From the IMG/VR virus record IMGVR_UViG_3300042881_004206: 64,000 bases of DNA; one strand, written 5' to 3'. Every line of letters begins with the position of its first letter. The first letter of the stretch is position 1. Positions 1 through 10,700 of this stretch are shown here, in pieces. Source of the DNA: a virus. Lineage: Duplodnaviria > Caudoviricetes. The notes under the pieces were generated by a model. The model had not been told where the DNA came from. It saw only the letters and a list, made by a program, of their open reading frames with translations, and ran no database searches. A program made the translations under genes and the position numbers.

Positions 1-180
1 AAACGTTCAGTAAAACAAAAAGGTGTACCTAAAGTTAAAACACACGGCGTAAATGTAGCAAATGCAGTAAAGGGCAATATATCCATAAACAAAGATGGGG
101 TTGAAAAAAAAGTAAAACGTGATATACTACAACAATACTTAGATCAAGGCTGGAGTCTAGGTGGAAGAAAGAGAAAATAA
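1..180 (+). CDS. C-terminal fragment of probable free-standing homing endonuclease (5' end outside window)
   Basis: Frame 1 is open from base 1 to TAA at 178-180 and reads ...KGNISINKDGVEKKVKRDILQQYLDQGWSLGGRKRK*. This resembles the basic 'I-N-x-G...YL..GW..GR' C-terminal DNA-binding tail of phage GIY-YIG/HNH endonucleases. The catalytic domain is not visible. Confidence 0.5.
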   Translation, partial: KRSVKQKGVPKVKTHGVNVANAVKGNISINKDGVEKKVKRDILQQYLDQGWSLGGRKRK

Positions 181-440
181 TGGCTGATAGAATAACCGAA
201 GTATTAGAAGATGGTACAATATATTGCTTTGATATGGACAAATGCATACAGGAAGCAAATGACGCATTAGAAAAACTATATGAAAAAGAGGGAGTAGAAC
301 TAGATTTTGATTTTACAGCAACGGTGTTTAGTTTGTTTGTGAATTGCATCCATATTTTAACTGAAAGTGGCTGGACAACAAATGATTTAATAAGTGAAGT
401 TATAGATCATTCAACCGAAGATATTGACGAAGAAGAATAA
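180..440 (+). CDS. Hypothetical acidic protein (86 aa)
   Basis: ORF track; the start overlaps the upstream stop (TAATG). Confidence 0.7.
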   Translation: MADRITEVLEDGTIYCFDMDKCIQEANDALEKLYEKEGVELDFDFTATVFSLFVNCIHILTESGWTTNDLISEVIDHSTEDIDEEE

Positions 441-477
441 ATAATACTATCTACTCAATCGGGATGGGAAGGCAATT

Positions 478-502
478 AAGCAGACTTTATGTCTGCTTTT
501 TT
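478..502 (+). terminator. Rho-independent terminator
   Basis: AAGCAGAC-TTTAT-GTCTGCTT followed by a T-run. Confidence 0.8.
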
Positions 503-506
503 GTGG

Positions 507-513
507 CTAAATA
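507..513 (+). promoter_or_regulatory. T4-type late promoter-like (CTAAATA) immediately upstream of desaturase
   Basis: Matches the TATAAATA core; ATG follows after 4 nt. Confidence 0.55.
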
Positions 514-517
514 ACTT

Positions 518-1240
518 ATGATTGCAATATTATACACCCTCATCATGACACATATTACTATAATCTGTGTCACATTATTCTTACATCGTGGGCAAGCACA
601 TAGGGGAATTACTTTTCATCCTATCGTAGGGCACTTTATGAGATTTTGGCTTTGGCTAACAACAGGTATGATCACAAAAGAATGGGTAGCTATACACCGT
701 AAGCATCATAGATTTTGTGAACAGAAAGATGATCCTCATAGTCCACATGTATATGGTATATGGACGGTCTTGTTTAAAGGTGCTTTCTTATACAATAATG
801 CAAGCAAAGATAAAACAATGATTGAACAATATGGAGTGGGTACTCCTAATGACTGGGTAGAACAAAAAATATACACTTCACATCCATGGTTAGGTATCGT
901 ATTAATGTTAATTATTGACTTGTTATTATTTGGTGTATGGGGACTATTAATATGGGGTATACAAATGATATGGATACCATTTTGGGCTGCGGGTGTGATT
1001 AATGGCATAGGACATTATTGGGGATATAGAAATGGCGAAACAAAAGACAGAAGCAGAAATATTAGTCCGTGGGGTATTATTGTTGGCGGTGAGTGCCTTC
1101 ATAATAACCATCATCTTGACCCTGCTAACCCCAGATTAAGTAGGCGTTGGTTTGAATTTGATATCGGTTGGATGTATTTTAAAATATTAGAAAAATTAAA
1201 ATTAGCTACACTTAGATACGAACATCAGCATCTACAGTAA
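518..1240 (+). CDS. Membrane fatty-acid (delta-9 acyl-lipid/acyl-CoA type) desaturase
   Basis: Three His boxes (HRGQAH, HRKHH, HNNHH), hydrophobic segments and a FEFDIGW tail typical of OLE1/DesC-like desaturases. Confidence 0.92.
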   Translation: MIAILYTLIMTHITIICVTLFLHRGQAHRGITFHPIVGHFMRFWLWLTTGMITKEWVAIHRKHHRFCEQKDDPHSPHVYGIWTVLFKGAFLYNNASKDKTMIEQYGVGTPNDWVEQKIYTSHPWLGIVLMLIIDLLLFGVWGLLIWGIQMIWIPFWAAGVINGIGHYWGYRNGETKDRSRNISPWGIIVGGECLHNNHHLDPANPRLSRRWFEFDIGWMYFKILEKLKLATLRYEHQHLQ

Positions 1241-1577
1241 TATCAAGTATTGATCTTTTTATTTCTCTTAATTTCTTTTGATAAAGTCGGTTGCAATTAG
1301 CACATAAAGTTTTCATATTTGATTTTTCTTTATTTTTCTTATTACCATCTTTATAAACAATGTCTAATTGACACCTATCTTCGGGTGCAAATCCACACTT
1401 TTCACACTTATTTTTTTTATTAAGTAAAAATCCAAACTTATTGTTGTATGCTGCTTTAGCACAGCTACCGCAATACTTGTGCCACTTTTGAAATCCATGT
1501 TTACTTGTGCCATTAGGCTTTGCTAATGATACTTTACAGTTCGTACATAATGGTCTTGGCACTTGTTGAGTTAACAT
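1212..1577 (-). CDS. Cys-rich Zn-binding HNH-like protein
   Basis: Multiple CxxC pairs and a KTLCANCN motif of HNH-like nucleases. The ATG at 1577 follows a perfect TATAAATA on the minus strand. Confidence 0.6.
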   Translation of the reverse strand: MLTQQVPRPLCTNCKVSLAKPNGTSKHGFQKWHKYCGSCAKAAYNNKFGFLLNKKNKCEKCGFAPEDRCQLDIVYKDGNKKNKEKSNMKTLCANCNRLYQKKLREIKRSILDITVDADVRI

Positions 1578-1581
1578 CAAC

Positions 1582-1589
1582 TATTTATA
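1582..1589 (-). promoter_or_regulatory. T4 late promoter TATAAATA (minus strand)
   Basis: Plus strand TATTTATA is the reverse complement of TATAAATA. Confidence 0.7.
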
Positions 1590-1636
1590 AAGATGCCAAT
1601 AGAACTTTTTTTGACGGATTTATTATGGGAAAAATG

Positions 1637-1643
1637 ATAAATA
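1637..1643 (+). promoter_or_regulatory. T4-type late promoter (ATAAATA) for fibre gene array
   Basis: Intergenic, upstream of an AGGA SD and the ATG at 1665. Similar elements occur at 3234-3241, 14491-14497, 24635-24641 and 26884-26890. Confidence 0.6.
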
Positions 1644-1664
1644 TATAATCTAACAGGATTCTTT

Positions 1665-3227
1665 ATGGCAGCAGATCCATTTAACAGTTTAACAGGCTAT
1701 ACCGTAGGTATCCCGCCAGTACCAGTTGTTAGTAATACCGGTGTTGTAGTTGGAAATGTTAATACCAATTATGTTATTTCTAATAGTGTTTTTACAGATA
1801 ACCTACGCTACAGTAATGGACAACGATATGTACCGGGATCCAATAGTCAAATAGTTTTTAATAATGCTAACACCTTTGGTGCTAGCCCCAACCTTTCTTT
1901 CAACAGCTATACTAATTTTTTAGAAGTTACTAATCTTGCAGTTCCTGGAACTACTAACTTAGGTGATGTTTCTCAAGTTTCTATTTTAGGTGGAGACAAC
2001 GGATATTTCTTGCAAACTGATGGACTAGGTACATTAAGTTGGGTCGCTGGTACAGGTGGTGGTAGCAATGGTACACCGGGCGGCGCAAACACTCAAGTTC
2101 AATATAATGACTCTGGTACTTTTGGTGGAAGTGCAGGATTTACCTTCAATGAACTAACAAATACTTTAACCGTTGGTAATACTGTATCTAATTTTATTGG
2201 TAATCTTAATGGAACTGCATCTTTTGCCAATACTGCAGGAACTGTAACTAATAGTAGTCAACCAAATATTACAAGTGTTGGTGTATTAACAGGATTGGGT
2301 GTAAGTGGACAAATAGAAGCATTGGTATTCCAAGGTAATGCTGCTAACTTATTCAACATTCCAGCAGCTAATGTTGTCGGAGTCATACCATTAGCAGGTC
2401 AAGTATCTGAGAATAATCAACCAAATATTACAAGTGTTGGTACATTAACATCATTGGATGTTTCAGGTAATATAAACGGTGCAAATATATTTGGTTCTAA
2501 TAGAATAACAGCAGGTAATTTATTTGTCACAGGCAATACAAGCTTAGGTGGTAATCTTTCTATGAACACCGGTAGATTTATTTCTAACGGCAATGTTAAT
2601 TTCAATGGTCCTGAAGTTGAAATCGGTGAAGTCAGTAATTTAAAGATATTTGGTGGATTTGCCGGACAAGTGTTAACTACTGATGGAACAGGTAATTTAA
2701 GTTTCGTTGATCCAGGTGGCAGTGGTGCAAATCCAGGAGGAGGAAATACTGCTGTTCAGTTTAATCAAAGTGGGGCATTTGGTGGCTCATCATTCTTTGT
2801 ATTCAACAACGTTACAAACACTGTAACTATAAGTGGCAATCTTGTAGCAAACACCATTCAAATGGGTTCTGGAGCCTACAAATGGTCTACTAGCCAAGTT
2901 TATTTTGCACAAACAGTTAGCATGTCACCTGGTCAAGTTTTATATTCTATTCCTGTTGCAGAAGTATCAGGTGTAGAATTTGAAATCATTGCAACCGATG
3001 CCGTAGATGGATCTAGACAGTTTTGTAAAATTAGTTCAATATACTACAACGGTATAGTTCAATTCAACGAATACGCCAGTTTGTTTGTTAACGGCGGAGT
3101 TGGTAATTTTGAGGTTGATTTCAATCCTGGTAACGTAGTTGTACCGCCGTCGTTACAACTATTAGTTACCCCTAGTACTGCATCATCAGTAATGTATAAA
3201 ATGCTTATCACAGCATATGCACCATAA
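1665..3227 (+). CDS. Virion structural/fibre protein (520 aa)
   Basis: G/N/T/S-rich. Contains repeated 'GG.NTQVQ(Y/F)N..G.FGGS..F.FN' and 'L.TDG.G.LSW' fibre motifs. The C-terminal beta domain is shared with the next gene. Confidence 0.75.
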   Translation: MAADPFNSLTGYTVGIPPVPVVSNTGVVVGNVNTNYVISNSVFTDNLRYSNGQRYVPGSNSQIVFNNANTFGASPNLSFNSYTNFLEVTNLAVPGTTNLGDVSQVSILGGDNGYFLQTDGLGTLSWVAGTGGGSNGTPGGANTQVQYNDSGTFGGSAGFTFNELTNTLTVGNTVSNFIGNLNGTASFANTAGTVTNSSQPNITSVGVLTGLGVSGQIEALVFQGNAANLFNIPAANVVGVIPLAGQVSENNQPNITSVGTLTSLDVSGNINGANIFGSNRITAGNLFVTGNTSLGGNLSMNTGRFISNGNVNFNGPEVEIGEVSNLKIFGGFAGQVLTTDGTGNLSFVDPGGSGANPGGGNTAVQFNQSGAFGGSSFFVFNNVTNTVTISGNLVANTIQMGSGAYKWSTSQVYFAQTVSMSPGQVLYSIPVAEVSGVEFEIIATDAVDGSRQFCKISSIYYNGIVQFNEYASLFVNGGVGNFEVDFNPGNVVVPPSLQLLVTPSTASSVMYKMLITAYAP

Positions 3228-3259
3228 TGAAGTCATAAATATAAGTATAGGATAATAAT

Positions 3260-6200
3260 ATGGCACTAAGAGCACTTAATTCGGTAGCAGGTTTCTCAGT
3301 AGGTGAAACACCCGCAAACGTTATTTTAGGTAACGCTGATATACTTGCTAACAATCTTTCCGTTAACGGTATCTCAAATCTTAACACGCTTTCTAATGTT
3401 AAGATTTCGGGAGGTACAGCAGGTCAATTTATTCAGACTGACGGTACAGGTAATCTTGTTTTCGCAGGTGCTCCTACACAAGCAGCATTAGCAAATGGTA
3501 ATAGTAGTGTAAACATACCGACAGCTAATGGCAATATTATATTCACTGTTGGCGGAGTCCCAAACGTTGGAGTTATAACAACTACTGGATTAGTAGTTAC
3601 AGGAAATATTACTCCAAGTGCCAACATAACATATAATTTAGGTAACAATACAAATAGATTTAAAGATTTATATTTGTCTGGTACAACTATTGTAGTTGGA
3701 AACTCTACAATTCAGTCTAGTGCTACAGAAATCGTATTAACTAACCCATTAGGTGGTCAGTTTATTGTTACTGGTACTGGTACCTCAACAAGTAATACTA
3801 TTTCAGACGGTACTAGTAATATTAAAATTGGTGCAAGTAGTAATGTTACAATCAGTGTTGCAGGTAATGCCAATGTATTAACCGTAACAAGCTCTGGAAT
3901 AAATGTAGCTGGATATATTAATGCTACAGGAAATATGAGTTTGGGTAATGCTAACTTAGGTAACTTAGCAACTGCTAACTTTGTAAATGCTTCAAGTAAC
4001 ATTAATGTTACAAATACATTGCAGGCTGGTAATGTACGCACAGATAACCTACTATATGCTAACGGTCAGCCTTGGGACTTGCAAGAAGCAGCAGGTTCCA
4101 ATTATGAAATTCAATATAACATTAATGATAACTTTGCTGCTAGTGCAAACTTTACATATAATGACTCAACACAACAATTTACCGTTCTAGGCAATGGTCA
4201 ATTTAATAATGCTAACTTAGGTAACTTAGCAACTGCTAATTTTATCAATGTATCTAGTAACATCACTACTGGTAATTTAACTGTTAACAATTCATTGACA
4301 ATTGGTTCTGCAAACTTTAGTGGTAACCTAGTTGTACCTAACATAACAATTAATTCAGAATTATCAGGTAACACAGCTAATTTTAGTGGCAATGTTGTTG
4401 TTCCTAATTTGACGGTAAACTTAGAATTACAAGCAAATACTGCTAATTTTGATGGCAATGTTATAATGGATAAATGGCTAACGGTTGCAAACACTGCAAA
4501 CGTTGGCAATTTAAGAACAAATAACTTGTTGTATGCAAACGGTCAGCCTTGGGACTTACAAGAGGCTGCAGGCGCAAACACACAAATTCAATATAACGAT
4601 AACAATAATTTTGGTGCTAGTGCAAACTTTACATTTAACAGTGCCACAAACAATCTCGCATTAAACGGAAACATCTTATTAGGACAGAGCGGTCAGAACC
4701 AATTAGTACCATTGAGTAATACCGCACTTGAAATTCGCGGTGGTTGGAATGATGCTTCAAGCTCATATGTTGCTTTGGCAGCCGGCGATTATGCTAATAG
4801 CACTGATTGGGGTAAAATTGCTGTTCTTGGTAATGTATCAGGTAATGCAGTTGCACAACTAGAAGCAAACATAATTAACTTCCAACCAGGTGGTGGTGGC
4901 ACTAATATCGTTAGAATTGCTACTCTTGCGCCCGATGCTACTAGCACAACTACTGGTGCAATAAGAGTTGCAGGTGGTATTGGCGTAACCGGTAATGGTT
5001 ATTTTGGTGGAAATGTTGTTGTTACTGGTGATATTGCCAACGCTAATAATATTTCTGTAACTAATAATCTAAATGCTGTTGTTGGTAACTTCAGTGGTAA
5101 TATTAATTCTTTAAATGCTAATTTAGGTAATTTAGCAGAGGCTAATTTTGTTAATGTTGCAAGTAATGCAGTAACAAATAACTTAACTGTAAATCTACAA
5201 TTATCAGGTAATACAGCTAACTTTACAGGTAATGTTGCTGCATTAAATGTTAATGCAGGTAATTTGTTAAGAGCAAACTTTGCTAATGTTGCAAGTAATA
5301 CAATAACAAATAACTTAACAGTTAACCTACAGTTATCGGGTAACACAGCTAACTTTAGTGGTAATGTTTCTGCCGGAAACGCTAGCATAGGTAATTTAAT
5401 AACTGCTAATTTTGCTAATATCGGAACAAATGCTTCTGTAATTGGCACAATGGAAGCAGGATTTGTCAGAACTGACAATCTATTGTATGCTAACGGTCTA
5501 CCTTGGGACTTGCAAGAAGCAGCAGGCTCCAACTATGAAATTCAATATAATATTGGTGATAACTTTGCAGCCAGCGCAAACTTTACATACAATGATACAA
5601 CACAAGTATTAACTGTAACCGGCAATGCAAACATCACAGGTAATTTAAATACACCTACAATTAATTCAGGTTCTGGTCAGTTAAACTTAACAAGTAACGG
5701 TTATAGCATACAATTATATGCTAATGGTCAAACTCAGTTCCCTGGCACAGTATCTGCGAATTCATTCCAAGGTAATATTTCTGGAAACATTACAATACCT
5801 GGAGTTGCAAATGGTGTTGTTATTAACGATGGTGGTTTAGCAAATTCATTTAGTGGATTTACATTTAATAGTACTTCAAACTTAGTTAGTATTTCAGGAA
5901 ATTTAACTGCTGCAAATGCTAACTTAGGTAATTTAGTAATTGCTAATTTTATAACAACCGGCGAAATATATAATGGCAATAGCAATATAATTATTGCCGC
6001 CAACAGCGCAGTAAGAATAAGCTCTAATGGTTTAGCAAATGTTGTAACCATCAATGAGCAGGGTGCTAATATTATTGGCAATATTTCAGCTAACGGCAAT
6101 GCAATATTTGGTGCAGTACAAAGTAATACAGTTACTGCTCAAGGTGGAAATCTAACATTATATGCTGCAGCCGGCAATAACTATGTTGAACTTAGACCAA

Positions 6201-7738
6201 CTGGTAACGGCCATGTAGATGTTGGTAACTTTAGAATTGAAAACTTGGGTCCACCAGTTGCATCTACTGATGCTGCAACAAAAGGATATGTAGATGCAGC
6301 CGTTGAAGGATTGCATATTCATGCACCTTCAAAAGCAGCAACGCCAGATACACTAGCTAATATCACAGGCGGTACAATTACATACAACAACGGTACTAGT
6401 GGTGTTGGTGCAAACCTTGTAACAACGGGTAGCTTCAATTTAATTGATGGTGTAAACGTTCAAACATCAGGTACACGAATTCTTGTTAAGAACGAAGCGA
6501 ATACCGCACATAACGGTATCTATACTTGGGCAAATAGCACAACAATTGTTCGTGCAACTGACTTTGATACCCCCACAGAAATGGGTGGAGGTGACTTTAC
6601 ATTCGTTCAACTAGGTACATTATACAATGATACTGGTTGGGTAATGACTGACCCGGTTACAACTGTTGGTACAAGTCCGATTGTTTGGGTTCAGTTCTCT
6701 GGTGCAGGTACATATACAGCAGGTCCAGGTTTAACATTAAACGGTACTCAATTTAGTGTTAATGTTGATAATATCACAACTGAAATTGCAGGTGGTAATG
6801 TTGTAGTTAAGTCGGGTATACCTCTAAGCAACCCAAATATTGGTACAGCAACAGGTACAAGTTTAGACCTGACAGGCAATTTAATAGCCGGCAATGTTAA
6901 CAGCAATGCTACAATTACGGCTCAAAATGTTGATGTAACTGGAAATGTATTAGCAAATAACATTTCAGCTAACAGTAACATTACATCAAACAATGCAACT
7001 GTTAACTTATCATTAAGTGGTAATACTGCAAACTTCACTGGTAACGTTGTAGTCAACGGTCTATCTGTCAACACAAATATCAGTGGCAACACCGCTAATT
7101 TCAGTGGTAATATTTCTGCTCTAAATGCCAATTTAGGTAACTTAGTAACAGCTAATTTCTTTACAGGTACCTTAGTAAATGGCACAAGCAATGTTGCAAT
7201 ACCAACTGCAAATGGTAATGTTAATATTACAGCAGGTGCAAATACAACAGTTGTAGTAAGTCCTACTAGTGCTAATATTACTGGTAATGCAAATATAAGT
7301 GGCTTTGTTGAAGCTAATGGTAACATTACTGGTGGAAACTTAATTACTAGTGGTAATTTAAATGTAACCGGTGTTGCTAATATTGGTACATATGCAATCT
7401 TAGGTAATAGTACAGTAACAACTGTTCTATCTTATGAAAGTGTTACAACAAGTTCTATCACAGCCAATCAAACAATTGCAAGTTTTAGTGTTACGGGCGT
7501 AACTGGAGTTGAGTTCTTAGTTAAGGGTATAGATTCAGCAGGTAGCAAATATAGCGTTGCAACAGTTCAGGCAGTTACTGACGGAACAAGTGTAGACTAT
7601 GCAACCTTTGGCACAGTTAACTTAGGAGGTTATACAGGAAGTTTAGCAGTCAACATTGTTTCGGGATATATAAGATTGCAGGTAACTCCTGCAAGCAGTA
7701 ATTCAACTGTTTGGACAACGCAATATAGGCTAATCTAA
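3260..7738 (+). CDS. Large virion fibre/structural protein (1492 aa)
   Basis: ANLGNL/GNTANF repeats, three 'LLYANG.PWDLQEAAG' modules, and an ATKGYVD...ILVKN...NGIY..RATDFD domain typical of phage fibre/decoration proteins. Confidence 0.8.
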   Translation: MALRALNSVAGFSVGETPANVILGNADILANNLSVNGISNLNTLSNVKISGGTAGQFIQTDGTGNLVFAGAPTQAALANGNSSVNIPTANGNIIFTVGGVPNVGVITTTGLVVTGNITPSANITYNLGNNTNRFKDLYLSGTTIVVGNSTIQSSATEIVLTNPLGGQFIVTGTGTSTSNTISDGTSNIKIGASSNVTISVAGNANVLTVTSSGINVAGYINATGNMSLGNANLGNLATANFVNASSNINVTNTLQAGNVRTDNLLYANGQPWDLQEAAGSNYEIQYNINDNFAASANFTYNDSTQQFTVLGNGQFNNANLGNLATANFINVSSNITTGNLTVNNSLTIGSANFSGNLVVPNITINSELSGNTANFSGNVVVPNLTVNLELQANTANFDGNVIMDKWLTVANTANVGNLRTNNLLYANGQPWDLQEAAGANTQIQYNDNNNFGASANFTFNSATNNLALNGNILLGQSGQNQLVPLSNTALEIRGGWNDASSSYVALAAGDYANSTDWGKIAVLGNVSGNAVAQLEANIINFQPGGGGTNIVRIATLAPDATSTTTGAIRVAGGIGVTGNGYFGGNVVVTGDIANANNISVTNNLNAVVGNFSGNINSLNANLGNLAEANFVNVASNAVTNNLTVNLQLSGNTANFTGNVAALNVNAGNLLRANFANVASNTITNNLTVNLQLSGNTANFSGNVSAGNASIGNLITANFANIGTNASVIGTMEAGFVRTDNLLYANGLPWDLQEAAGSNYEIQYNIGDNFAASANFTYNDTTQVLTVTGNANITGNLNTPTINSGSGQLNLTSNGYSIQLYANGQTQFPGTVSANSFQGNISGNITIPGVANGVVINDGGLANSFSGFTFNSTSNLVSISGNLTAANANLGNLVIANFITTGEIYNGNSNIIIAANSAVRISSNGLANVVTINEQGANIIGNISANGNAIFGAVQSNTVTAQGGNLTLYAAAGNNYVELRPTGNGHVDVGNFRIENLGPPVASTDAATKGYVDAAVEGLHIHAPSKAATPDTLANITGGTITYNNGTSGVGANLVTTGSFNLIDGVNVQTSGTRILVKNEANTAHNGIYTWANSTTIVRATDFDTPTEMGGGDFTFVQLGTLYNDTGWVMTDPVTTVGTSPIVWVQFSGAGTYTAGPGLTLNGTQFSVNVDNITTEIAGGNVVVKSGIPLSNPNIGTATGTSLDLTGNLIAGNVNSNATITAQNVDVTGNVLANNISANSNITSNNATVNLSLSGNTANFTGNVVVNGLSVNTNISGNTANFSGNISALNANLGNLVTANFFTGTLVNGTSNVAIPTANGNVNITAGANTTVVVSPTSANITGNANISGFVEANGNITGGNLITSGNLNVTGVANIGTYAILGNSTVTTVLSYESVTTSSITANQTIASFSVTGVTGVEFLVKGIDSAGSKYSVATVQAVTDGTSVDYATFGTVNLGGYTGSLAVNIVSGYIRLQVTPASSNSTVWTTQYRLI
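4030..5610 (+). repeat. Three intragenic copies of the 'RTDNLLYANG.PWDLQEAAG...QYN...F.ASANFT' module
   Basis: A 26-nt exact match CCTTGGGACTTGCAAGAAGCAGCAGG occurs at 4070-4095 and 5501-5526, with a third copy near 4547. Confidence 0.88.
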
Positions 7739-10700
7739 TGAGTTTAAAGTCGCTGAATTCCATTGGGGGATTTTCCGTCGGCAACAACCAAAGTGTGGTT
7801 CTTGCTAATGGCGATATTGACACTGGTAATATTGTATTATCGGGCAATTTAGCTGCGGGAAATGCTAATCTTGGAAATGCAGCCGTCGCTAACTATTTTT
7901 TGGGTGATGGTGGACTATTAAGCAATCTTCCTAGTGGAAATAGTCTCTCAAACGGTAATAGTAGCGTTGGTGTAATTGCTAACGGAAACATAACAATGAC
8001 CGTTGCTGGTAACAGCAATGTAATGGTTATTAGTGGCACAGGTGTTAATGTTTCAGGTACTGGTAATTTTAGTGGTAATGTAAACGCTGGTAATTTTATA
8101 GGCATATTTGCTAATGGTAATAGCAATGTAAGAATTCCAAGCGCAAACGGAAACATTAATTTAAGTGCTGGTGGAAATGCTAATGTATTAATTATCAACA
8201 GTAATAATGTAGTTGCTAACAGACATTTCAAATCAGTAGACACAATTTTAGAAATTGGCGGATTTGCAAACAACGCTCCTTATACTTCAGACGACGGCAA
8301 AGATCGCGGTATAACACTTAATTACTATGATACCTTTAGTGCGCAAGCGTTCATGGGTTGGAAAAACTCAAATAGTGAATTTGTCTTTGCAAGTGAAGTT
8401 ACTACAGCTAACGAACAGGTCAGTATATTTCAATTAGGAAATATTCGTGCTAGTTACTTTTTAGGAAATGTATTAGGTAATATTGAAGGCAATATTATTG
8501 CTCCTGGTTCAAATACTGAAGTTTTGTTCAATGACAACGACCAAGTAGCAGCGTCTAATGGATTTACATTTAATAAAACTACTAATGCACTTACAGTAAC
8601 CGGAGCTTTTGAGTCTGCTAGTGTAAACACCTTAGGTAACATTGGTGGTGGTAATTTTTACACACCCGGCAATATTGTAGTTTTAGGATTAGCGAATGTC
8701 GGTGAGCTTTTTACTTCTGGTAATGTTAATGCTGTAGGAAATGTCTCTGGTGTAAATTTCCAAGCAGGTGGAAACATTAGTGCTACAGGTAACATCTCAG
8801 GTGGCAATTTAAGCACATCTGGACGAGCAAACGTTACAGGCACAGTAAGCGCGGGTAATGTTAGCACAGCAGGGAATCTAAGTGTAGTAGGAAATGTTAC
8901 TATTACAGGTAATAGTAGTTTTCAAAACGCAGCAATTTTCAGTCAAAGAATTACTGTAGGAGATCCAAACGGTCAACCCAAAATTGAACTGTTCAGTAAC
9001 GGATATGGTCTTTTTGGAAATGTAGCCTTAAGCACATTCGGTGACCCCAATGGCGCAACTATCAGTGGTCGTTTAGCAACATTTACAACTGCAAATATTA
9101 CTAATATTAATGTTACTGGCACTGCTAACATTACAGGTAATATTAGTGCAAATAGCATTTTTGCTAATGGCGTTCTTGAAGCCAATGGAAATTTAAGAGC
9201 AGCAAATGCTAACTTAGGTAATTTAGTAACAGCTAATTTCTTCCAGGGTGACGGTTATTTATTAACAAACTTAACTATCCCCGCCGGCAGTGCAATTGAA
9301 AATGGTAATAGTAATGTAAGAGTAGAACCAAATTCAAACGTTGTCTTTAACATCACAAGTGTTAACAATGTGATGGTGCTCTCATCTACTAAGTTAACAG
9401 TCAACGCTAATGTAGAGGTATCAAATACAGTAATCGCTAACTATGTAACTGCAAACATTGCTGTTAATACGCCTATAGTTCAAAATGGTAATAGCATTAT
9501 TAATATAAATGATTCTACTGGATTTATTAACTTTGGTGTTAATAATTCATCTAATATTGTTTACATTAGTAATGTTGGTGCATCTGTTAATGGTAACCTA
9601 TCAGTAAGTAGTAGAGCAAATATCACTGGAAATTTAAATGTTTCGGGAAATAGTAACATCGCTGGTAATGTAAATGTTTCAGGTACAACAAATGTTCAGG
9701 CACTAAATTCAACAACAATTAATGCGTCAGGTAATCTTACATCATTAAATGCAAATTTAGGTAATCTAGCAAAGGCTAATTTTTTCCAAGGTGACGGTTA
9801 TTTATTAACAAACCTTACAATTGCTGCAGGTAGTGCGATTGTAAATGGTAATAGTAATGTTAGCGTAGCACCTAATGCTAATGTAACTGTCGGCGTTGCC
9901 GGAATAGACAATGTAACTGTATTTACAAATAATAGCGTTATTGTTAATCAGTTTCTTAATGTTAATGCAAACGCTAATATTGCAAACTGGGTAAACGCTA
10001 ATGCATTATATGTAACTGGCACTGCTAATTTTGCAAGTGGATTAACTGCAACAAGTAACAGCACAATTACATCAAGATATGTGAGCATTGGAACTGGTGC
10101 ATTGCCTGGTTATTTGGATGTTACTGGTAATGTCAATATTGACAATAGACTTACGGTTAGCGGAACAGCTAATTTCTTTGGTGCTTTCCAAGTTAATGGT
10201 ACGATCAATTCTAACGCAAATGTTCAAGCCGATGATTATTTGTTAGCCAACTATTTTTCCATTGACAAGGGCGGTTCAGTACCCAATCTTACTGTAAGTA
10301 ATGTTGCTAATATTGAAACATTAAATGTAAATGGCGCAATAAATGGTAATAGTACTGCAACATTTGATGGAAATCTTATAGCTGCAAATGCTAATTTAGG
10401 AAACTTAGTAACAGCCAATTTCTTCCAAGGTGATGGCTATCTATTGACTAATTTGACTATTACTGCTGGTAGTAGCATCGTTAACGGTAACAGTAATGTT
10501 GTTGTCATAGCTAATGGAAATGTAACTACTAGTGTTGGAGGCACAGCTAATGTATTGGTTGTCACCACTACTGGCGCAAATATAGCCGGAACTTTAAATG
10601 CAACTGGCAACGCAACAATAGGTGGTAATCTTTCAGCAGTTCGTGCCAACTTTACAGGTAATGTAAACACAACTGGTAATCTATCCGCTAATGGATCAGC

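Noticed and set aside
4030-5610. Repeats as possible template/variable repeats of a diversity-generating retroelement
   Set aside because: Differences between copies are mostly synonymous and not adenine-specific, and there is no reverse transcriptase in the window.
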